64,000 bases of DNA. It comes from Candidatus Krumholzibacteriota bacterium (GTDB taxonomy: Bacteria > Krumholzibacteriota > Krumholzibacteriia > JAJRXK01). The position numbers were made by a program, and so were the translations under genes. The stretch is from NCBI GenBank assembly GCA_963727455.1, contig CAVSGG010000009.1, positions 256,001 to 320,000 of the forward strand, written 5' to 3'. A model generated the notes under the pieces. The model was not told the origin of the DNA. It searched no databases and saw only the letters and a program-made list of their open reading frames with translations. Shown piece by piece: positions 57,921 through 64,000 of the stretch (position 1 is the first letter of the stretch; every line of letters starts with the position of its first letter).

Positions 57921-60191
57921 ATGCAGAAGAACTGGTTGGACGCCATCCATACCGTCTACGAGAATCTCGCCTCCCACCACGCGAAGGGCCGCGAGGTATT
58001 GGGACATCCGCTCACGCTGGCCGAGAAGATCCTCTTCGCTCATCTGCGAAACAAGGATGAGGCTCCCACCCGCGGCAAGAGCGTTGTCGATCTCGTTCCG
58101 GATCGCGTGGCGATGCAGGATGCCACGGCGCAGATGGCACTCCTTCAGTTCATCGCGGCGGAGAAGGCCAAGGTCGCGACTCCGACCACGGTGCACTGCG
58201 ATCACTTGATTCGCGCGCGGGTCGGAGCCGAGAAGGACCTCGAGGTCGCGAACGACGAAAACGGCGAAGTCTTTCGTTTCCTCAAGAGTGCTTCCAAGAA
58301 ATACGGGATCGGGTTCTGGAAGCCGGGAGCCGGCATCATCCATCAAGTGGTACTGGAGAACTACGCCGCCCCCGGTCTTTTGATGATCGGTACGGACAGT
58401 CACACCCCCAACGCGGGCGGCTTGGGTATGGTCGCGGTCGGCGTGGGTGGAGCGGATGCGGTCGACGCCATGGTCGGAATGCCCTGGCAGGTGCTGTGGC
58501 CGCGTCTCATCGGGGTGAAGCTCACCGGCAAGCTCAGCGGGTGGACCGCCCCGAAGGACATCATTCTCAAGCTGGCCGGCCTGCTCACGGTGAAGGGGGG
58601 CACCGGCAAGATCGTGGAGTACTTCGGCGAAGGCACGAAGAGCATCTCCTGCACGGGCAAGGCCACGATCTGCAATATGGGAGCTGAACTCGGTGCTACC
58701 ACAAGTCTCTTCCCCTTCGACGAACGGATGGCGACTTACCTTCGGGCTACTCGGCGGGCCGCAGTGGCGGAGATGGCAGAGAAGCACCAAGACGAATTAG
58801 TGGCGGACCCTCAGACCGCGAAGGACCCCGAGAAATATTACGACGAGATCGTGGAGATCGACCTCGACAAACTCGAGCCACACTTGGTCGGACCCCACAC
58901 TCCCGACCTCTTGCATCCTCTCTCACGCATGGGTCAGGATGCGCGCGAGAACGGATACCCCATCGAGCTCTCGGCCGCCCTCATCGGTTCGTGCACCAAC
59001 TCGAGTTACGAGGACATCGATCGATCGACCCACATCGCCCGGCAGGCCGCGGCCAAAGGCATCAAGGCCAAGACCAAGTTCATGGTCACTCCCGGAAGTG
59101 AACAGGTCCGCGCCACCATCGAACGCGACGGACAGCTCGCCGAGTTGGAAAAGATGGGTGGGGTCGTACTGGCTAATGCCTGTGGGCCCTGCATAGGACA
59201 GTGGCAGCGCGACGATGTCTCCGAGGGAGAGAAGAACTCCATCCTGACCTCGTACAATCGCAATTTCCGCAAGCGCAACGATGGTAATGCCTCGACCATG
59301 GCCTTCATCGGCAGCCCGGAAATCGTCACGGCGATCGCGCTGGCCGGCCGTCTCGACTTCAACCCCCTGAAGGACACCCTGAAGGCGGCCGATGGCAGTG
59401 AGTTTCGGCTCGAAGCTCCGCAAGGCGACGAGCTCCCCCGTCAGGGCTTCGACCGCGGCGATACCAGCTACTTCATTCCGGTGAGCGAGGATGGCGACGA
59501 GATCAAGGTGGAAATCTCGCCCGAGAGTGACCGACTACAGTTTCTCACACCCTTTAAAGCCTGGGATGGAGAGGACTTCGAGGACTTGTTGGTGTTGGTG
59601 AAGGCCGATGGAAAATGCACGACCGATCACATCTCTCCGGCCGGTCCCTGGTTGAGCTACCGAGGGCATCTGGACAAGATCTCCGACAACATGTTCATCG
59701 GCGCGGTCAATGCCTTCCGTGAGGAGACGGGTCGCGGCAAGAATCAGCTCGACGGATCCATCGACAGCTTTTCCAAGATCGCTCGCGCCTACAAAGCGGC
59801 CGGCAAAGGTTGGATCGCGGTGGGTGACGAGAACTACGGAGAGGGCAGCTCTCGGGAGCATGCAGCCATGGAACCGCGCTTCTTGGGCGCGCGCGCCGTT
59901 CTGGTGCGCTCCTTCGCGCGAATCCACGAGACAAATTTGAAGAAGCAGGGTGTTCTGCCCCTCACCTTCGCGAATCCAGAGGATTACGACAAAGTGCAGG
60001 AGGATGACCGCGTGAGCATCCTGGGACTGAGCGATCTGGCCCCGGGAAGCGAAGTGACGGTGGTGCTCAAGCACTCCGACGGCAACGAGGATCGATTCAA
60101 GGCCAAGCACACCCTGACCGGCGAACAGATCAAATGGTTCAAGGCCGGGTCCGCGTTAAACCTGATCCGGCGCCAAGAGCAGGCGGGATAG
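57921..60191 (+). CDS. Aconitate hydratase (mitochondrial-like type)
   Basis: [65 protein letters not shown]. Confidence 0.96.
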   Translation: MQKNWLDAIHTVYENLASHHAKGREVLGHPLTLAEKILFAHLRNKDEAPTRGKSVVDLVPDRVAMQDATAQMALLQFIAAEKAKVATPTTVHCDHLIRARVGAEKDLEVANDENGEVFRFLKSASKKYGIGFWKPGAGIIHQVVLENYAAPGLLMIGTDSHTPNAGGLGMVAVGVGGADAVDAMVGMPWQVLWPRLIGVKLTGKLSGWTAPKDIILKLAGLLTVKGGTGKIVEYFGEGTKSISCTGKATICNMGAELGATTSLFPFDERMATYLRATRRAAVAEMAEKHQDELVADPQTAKDPEKYYDEIVEIDLDKLEPHLVGPHTPDLLHPLSRMGQDARENGYPIELSAALIGSCTNSSYEDIDRSTHIARQAAAKGIKAKTKFMVTPGSEQVRATIERDGQLAELEKMGGVVLANACGPCIGQWQRDDVSEGEKNSILTSYNRNFRKRNDGNASTMAFIGSPEIVTAIALAGRLDFNPLKDTLKAADGSEFRLEAPQGDELPRQGFDRGDTSYFIPVSEDGDEIKVEISPESDRLQFLTPFKAWDGEDFEDLLVLVKADGKCTTDHISPAGPWLSYRGHLDKISDNMFIGAVNAFREETGRGKNQLDGSIDSFSKIARAYKAAGKGWIAVGDENYGEGSSREHAAMEPRFLGARAVLVRSFARIHETNLKKQGVLPLTFANPEDYDKVQEDDRVSILGLSDLAPGSEVTVVLKHSDGNEDRFKAKHTLTGEQIKWFKAGSALNLIRRQEQAG

Positions 60192-60198
60192 ATTCGCG

Positions 60199-61002
60199 GT
60201 GGGTACGCAAGCGGCGCTTAGACTGGGGGTGAGCCGCTGCCTTCTGGGCGAAGCGGTGCGCTACGACGGTGCCATAAAGGAGAGCATCCAAGGCTGGTGG
60301 CCGGCCGGAATCAGCATCGAGTGGATCGGAGTCTGTCCGGAAGTTGAACTCGGGATGGGGGTGCCGCGCGAACCAGTGCAGCTCGAAGGGGAAGCGACGG
60401 CGCCTCGAATGCTCGGACTGGAGAGTCGGATCGATCACACCTGCGCCATGCACCGCTGGGCAAAGCAACGCCTGGCCGAACTGGGCGTCGAGGACCTGGA
60501 CGGATTCGTGCTTAAGAGCCGATCGCCGAGTTGTGGTCTGTTCGATGCGAATCTCGTCCGAGGCGAGGAAGTCCTGGGCCTCACGGACGGGCTCTTCACT
60601 GCTTCTTTGCGCACCGCCTTTCCCTTCTTGCCGTTGACGAGTGAGAGTCAACTCGAAGATCCCGCTGCGCGCGCGCCGTTCTTGATGCGCGCGCGCCTCT
60701 ACCGGTCTTATAAGGAGATCGTGGCCAAGGGCGCGAACTCCCACGAACTGAAGTCCCATTGCGAAGCCACCCTAAAAGCCTACCGGAATTCTCGAACGAG
60801 CCTTTCCCCCGCGCTGGATGGCGTCGCCGGAACGCCGGCGAAGGCCCGGCAACGGGAAAGGGGATCGGAGAAGGACTCTCTGGCGCGCAGCCTGAAGGAC
60901 GCGTGCGAACGAGTCTGCCGTCTCGAGGGTGCGGACAAAGCAAAGGAGCTGACCAAGTACGGTCAGCTCCTGCATGATCTGCTCGACCCCTTGCGGGCCT
61001 GA
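60199..61002 (+). CDS. DUF523 (2-thiouracil desulfurase-like) protein
   Basis: SRCLLGEAVRYDG, VCPEVELGMGVPRE, LKSRSPSCG. Confidence 0.85.
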   Translation: MGTQAALRLGVSRCLLGEAVRYDGAIKESIQGWWPAGISIEWIGVCPEVELGMGVPREPVQLEGEATAPRMLGLESRIDHTCAMHRWAKQRLAELGVEDLDGFVLKSRSPSCGLFDANLVRGEEVLGLTDGLFTASLRTAFPFLPLTSESQLEDPAARAPFLMRARLYRSYKEIVAKGANSHELKSHCEATLKAYRNSRTSLSPALDGVAGTPAKARQRERGSEKDSLARSLKDACERVCRLEGADKAKELTKYGQLLHDLLDPLRA

Positions 61003-61016
61003 ATCGCCTCGATCGA

Positions 61017-62489
61017 CTACTGAGCGCTTGGCTCGGCCCCGTAGGTCTCGAAAACGTACCAGCCCTCTTTCTGACCGTGCCTCTCCGCCTCGAGGGAGAT
61101 CTTCAACAGATTTAGCTTTCCGGATTTCGCGAAGGCCTCCGAACGGATCTTCTTGTTGTAGGCCTTGATCTCGCTGGAGAGACCCGGCTTCGGGTAGAAC
61201 ATCTGCGCCTTTCCCCAATCCGCGGGCAGAGTGCCGGCATCGCAGTCCGAACATTGCGGAGCGTAGTAGCGGCTGTTCTTCGCGCCGCAGCGCACGACCT
61301 GGGTGAGGAACGAGTTGAAGCCATGTTCGGCCTCATCGTCCAACTTCCCCCATTTCTCCGGCCGGGCGAGCGCGAATTCCGACTTGATGCCCACCGCATC
61401 GAGCATGGCGATCATCAAGGCCGTTTTCTCCACCGGCGTCCCCTCCTTGGTCGAGAGGACTTTCTTGAGGCTTCGGAGCGCGCCTCGTTCGTATTGCTCC
61501 CCGCTGACGTTCTGGATCTTGTCGCGTACGAACTCGCAAATCGCCTTTTCCTTGGCCACCTCATCGCTCAATCCGGAGGTTACCGCGGACGCGCTGATGT
61601 CGACGCCCCCGGCGTCCGTGAGCATCTTCTCCTTGCCCGCGGCAAGAAAGCCGGCCAGGGTTACCCATCCGTTGGTCGGCACCCAGCCGGTATAGAAGTT
61701 TGGCTGGGCGATGTGACGAGCCTTGAGGGCGATCGAAAACACGGGGGTTCCGAGAGGATAGGGCCCGGTCCAGGGTAGCGAAGCGATCGGCGCGAAGTTC
61801 TTCGCGTTTGCGCTCCACTCCTTGGTGTGGTCGTTGACCAGACCGTTCGTCTTCAGTGAAAAATTGTCCGCATCGATGCCGTGCGATTGGACCACGAAGT
61901 CGGAGTTTCCATCGTTGAGTATCCTCACGCTGGCATAGATGACGGGATAACGGTCGGCTGCGGGAGAAACCCATGCCATGAGGGGCCCCTTGTGCACCTC
62001 CACGATGGACCACCCGACCACATCGCCCTTCTTCAGCTCGCCCCACTGGATCTCAATCTGATCGCGCACAAACTCGCCATCGCCCTTCGTCACCTCGATC
62101 TTCTTCTCGTCGAAGCGCTGGATCTCGTCCTTGCGCATGATGAATGCGGAGCGCTCGGGATAGTCGTCTCCCGGGCCGAAGTAGGGTTTCGTGAGCTCCA
62201 TCGCCAAGTTACCGGGGTCCTCTATCTCGTACACCATATTGGTGCATACCCGATACCCGTTCTCTTCCATCTGGAAGAAATGCTGTTTGTACATGATGAT
62301 GGCGGTTGCCCCATCCGCACCGGGCACCGTTTTCAAATGAGGAGCCAGCGTAGCGATCAGCTTCTTTAGCCCTGCGTCCTCCCTGCGGGCGACGGCCCAG
62401 TTCGACTGGGCCTGCGCTGCGGAAGCAAAGAGAAGCACGAGAGCCGTGGCTGTCGTGAGAATCCGCCCAAAGGCGCGGGGAAAAGACAT
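61017..62489 (-). CDS. Secreted DUF3857/transglutaminase-like protein
   Basis: Signal peptide and FVRDKI..VL....G...EK..L.IAML.A.GI core. The catalytic Cys position appears substituted. Confidence 0.6.
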   Translation of the reverse strand: MSFPRAFGRILTTATALVLLFASAAQAQSNWAVARREDAGLKKLIATLAPHLKTVPGADGATAIIMYKQHFFQMEENGYRVCTNMVYEIEDPGNLAMELTKPYFGPGDDYPERSAFIMRKDEIQRFDEKKIEVTKGDGEFVRDQIEIQWGELKKGDVVGWSIVEVHKGPLMAWVSPAADRYPVIYASVRILNDGNSDFVVQSHGIDADNFSLKTNGLVNDHTKEWSANAKNFAPIASLPWTGPYPLGTPVFSIALKARHIAQPNFYTGWVPTNGWVTLAGFLAAGKEKMLTDAGGVDISASAVTSGLSDEVAKEKAICEFVRDKIQNVSGEQYERGALRSLKKVLSTKEGTPVEKTALMIAMLDAVGIKSEFALARPEKWGKLDDEAEHGFNSFLTQVVRCGAKNSRYYAPQCSDCDAGTLPADWGKAQMFYPKPGLSSEIKAYNKKIRSEAFAKSGKLNLLKISLEAERHGQKEGWYVFETYGAEPSAQ

Positions 62490-62625
62490 GAGATTCCTCC
62501 GATAGGGATTAAGATGGCCTCAGATTGCCGACAAGATGGGAAAAATCCCGGGGAGAGGGCAAGTCCTATCTCTCTCGCCAAACTACGGGGCTTTGAGCCC
62601 TCGAGCCACGCCGGCAAAACGAGGC

Positions 62626-63288
62626 TCAGGTTTTCTTCTCCTTGACCACGACATTCAAGTCGTGGATGAGTTTTTCGACCCCTTTCTCGTTCGATTCGTA
62701 ATACCCACGCACTCTTCCCACCTGGTCCACCAAGATGAAGCGTTCGCTGTGAGCGATGTTGTAGAGCCCGGTATTCTTGTTGGACTGAGGTTCCATGACC
62801 TGAAAGAAACCGTCCACCACGACCTTCTGCACGGCATCCAGATCCCCGGTGAGAAACTTCCAGTGACCGGGGATGGCGCCGTAACCCTTGGCGTAGGTCC
62901 TCAGTCTCTCCGGCGTGTCGTGCTTGGGATCGACGCTGATGGAGACGAGCCGCATCTGATCGCCCAGAGACTTGGTCCGTTCCTGAATTCGGGTCATCCA
63001 ATCCGTGATCCTGGGACAGACGGTGGTGCAGGACGTGAAGAAGAACTGCACGACATACGCCTGACCCTTTAGATCTTGGGAGCCGAACTTGGCGCCGGTT
63101 TCATCCACCAACTCGAAGGAGGGTGCGGAGGTGACCACTTCCGGACCGGATTGCGTCGAATGTAGAAAGAACCACGCGGCCAAAGCACTGAGCGAAGCTA
63201 CGATCAACAGTAGGACCAGGACGAAGCGCAGGGTCCGCATGGCGGAAGGCGAGGACGGTGGGGATTCTGGCGGAAGTTCTGGTTCCAA
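62626..63288 (-). CDS. SCO1/SenC copper chaperone
   Basis: FFTSCTTVCP, SVDP.HDTPE, HS. Confidence 0.93.
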   Translation of the reverse strand: MEPELPPESPPSSPSAMRTLRFVLVLLLIVASLSALAAWFFLHSTQSGPEVVTSAPSFELVDETGAKFGSQDLKGQAYVVQFFFTSCTTVCPRITDWMTRIQERTKSLGDQMRLVSISVDPKHDTPERLRTYAKGYGAIPGHWKFLTGDLDAVQKVVVDGFFQVMEPQSNKNTGLYNIAHSERFILVDQVGRVRGYYESNEKGVEKLIHDLNVVVKEKKT

Positions 63289-63481
63289 GTTTCGAACCTC
63301 TAGTTCACGAGAATGGCACTACAAAGCGCGAGAGAGAAACTCCTCGCAGGTCCCGCGGACCGTGGGGTGCCGAAAGGCCCGATCTCAAGCTTAAGGGATT
63401 CGGCCATTTTGGCTAGACTCTGGATGCCGTATCGGCCTGCAGGGTTTATCATTGCGCGGTTCTCTTTCGGGAAAACTCAGG

Positions 63482-63913
63482 ATGAGCTTCGATCAGTTGC
63501 CAGCATTCAACGCATTCTTCAACGGTAGCGCGGCCGTTTTGCTCCTCTGTGCCTATGCGGCGATCCGCCGGGGCAAAGAGCGCCTTCACCGGCGCCTCAT
63601 TCTGAGCGCCGTGGCCTCGTCTATTCTCTTTTTGATCGGCTATCTGAGCTACCACTCGGTCCACGGGACCACGCGCTTCAGCTACGGCGGCGGAGTGCGG
63701 GTACTCTATTTTTCCATCCTGATCAGCCACACCATTCTGGCAGCTACTGTGATCCCGCTGGTCATCGTCACCTTGCGGCACGGTCTCAAATACAACCGGA
63801 GCCGTCATCGCAAGTGGGCGCATTTCACCTTCCCCATCTGGCTCTATGTCTCAATTACCGGAGTCATCATTTACTTCATGCTCTACCATTGGTTCCCTTC
63901 TCATGGCGCCTGA
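63482..63913 (+). CDS. DUF420 membrane protein
   Basis: FLIGYLSYH, ILISHTILA, HRKWA..PIWLYVSITG. Confidence 0.9.
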   Translation: MSFDQLPAFNAFFNGSAAVLLLCAYAAIRRGKERLHRRLILSAVASSILFLIGYLSYHSVHGTTRFSYGGGVRVLYFSILISHTILAATVIPLVIVTLRHGLKYNRSRHRKWAHFTFPIWLYVSITGVIIYFMLYHWFPSHGA

Positions 63914-64000
63914 GGATCCAGGCAGAATCGGTCTTTTTCGAGCGTGCTTGGTGCTCACGCTCATGGTGTACGCACTCATTCTGGTGGGAGGCCTCTTGCA
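63903..64000 (+). CDS. Start of a membrane protein, possibly heme A synthase (runs off window)
   Basis: MAPEDPGRIGLFRACLVLTLMVYALILVGGLL overlaps the DUF420 stop in an SCO/DUF420 context. Confidence 0.35.
   Translation, partial: MAPEDPGRIGLFRACLVLTLMVYALILVGGLL

Overview
GC-rich bacterial DNA. Secreted proteins ending in FlgD-Ig/T9SS-like domains or a (W/F)GxLKAx(Y/F) tail suggest an FCB-related candidate lineage such as Krumholzibacteria, Eisenbacteria or Latescibacteria (inference). The window has two parts. (1) About 1-20.5 kb is an accessory island. It holds a dead IS30, an IS256 left-end stub, and five same-orientation copies of the right (oriIS-like) end of an IS91/ISCR-type HUH rolling-circle element, ending ...CAATCCACTATCC|GT. 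Three copies still carry 5'-truncated transposase of different lengths, and a separate upstream transposase piece lies at 12.5-12.9 kb. Between the copies sit mostly exported proteins: eight predicted lipoproteins (Ig-like, NHL, beta-propeller, one Toxin_10/aerolysin-like) and genes cut at element junctions (PadR partner, transglutaminase, isocitrate lyase C-terminal domain). A ~35-bp motif seen twice (5971 and 14454) may be the element's left end (terIS). If so, it defines a head-to-tail junction, a 2.6-kb passenger-carrying element and a ~125-bp mini-element. (2) About 20.5-64 kb is ordinary chromosome: CBS-korAB-CBS, M14 peptidase, EEP nuclease, thiD, carbamate kinase, amrS/amrB, NfuA-like, rhomboid, a YtrA-ABC operon, nitroreductase, MscS, nrtR-nadA, Ser/Thr kinase, C69 dipeptidase, phoU-like/Na-Pi, tal, rpiB, PLD, MATE, egtB, aconitase, SCO and DUF420. 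I found no rRNA, tRNA or CRISPR array. All family calls come from motif recognition by eye, not database searches.
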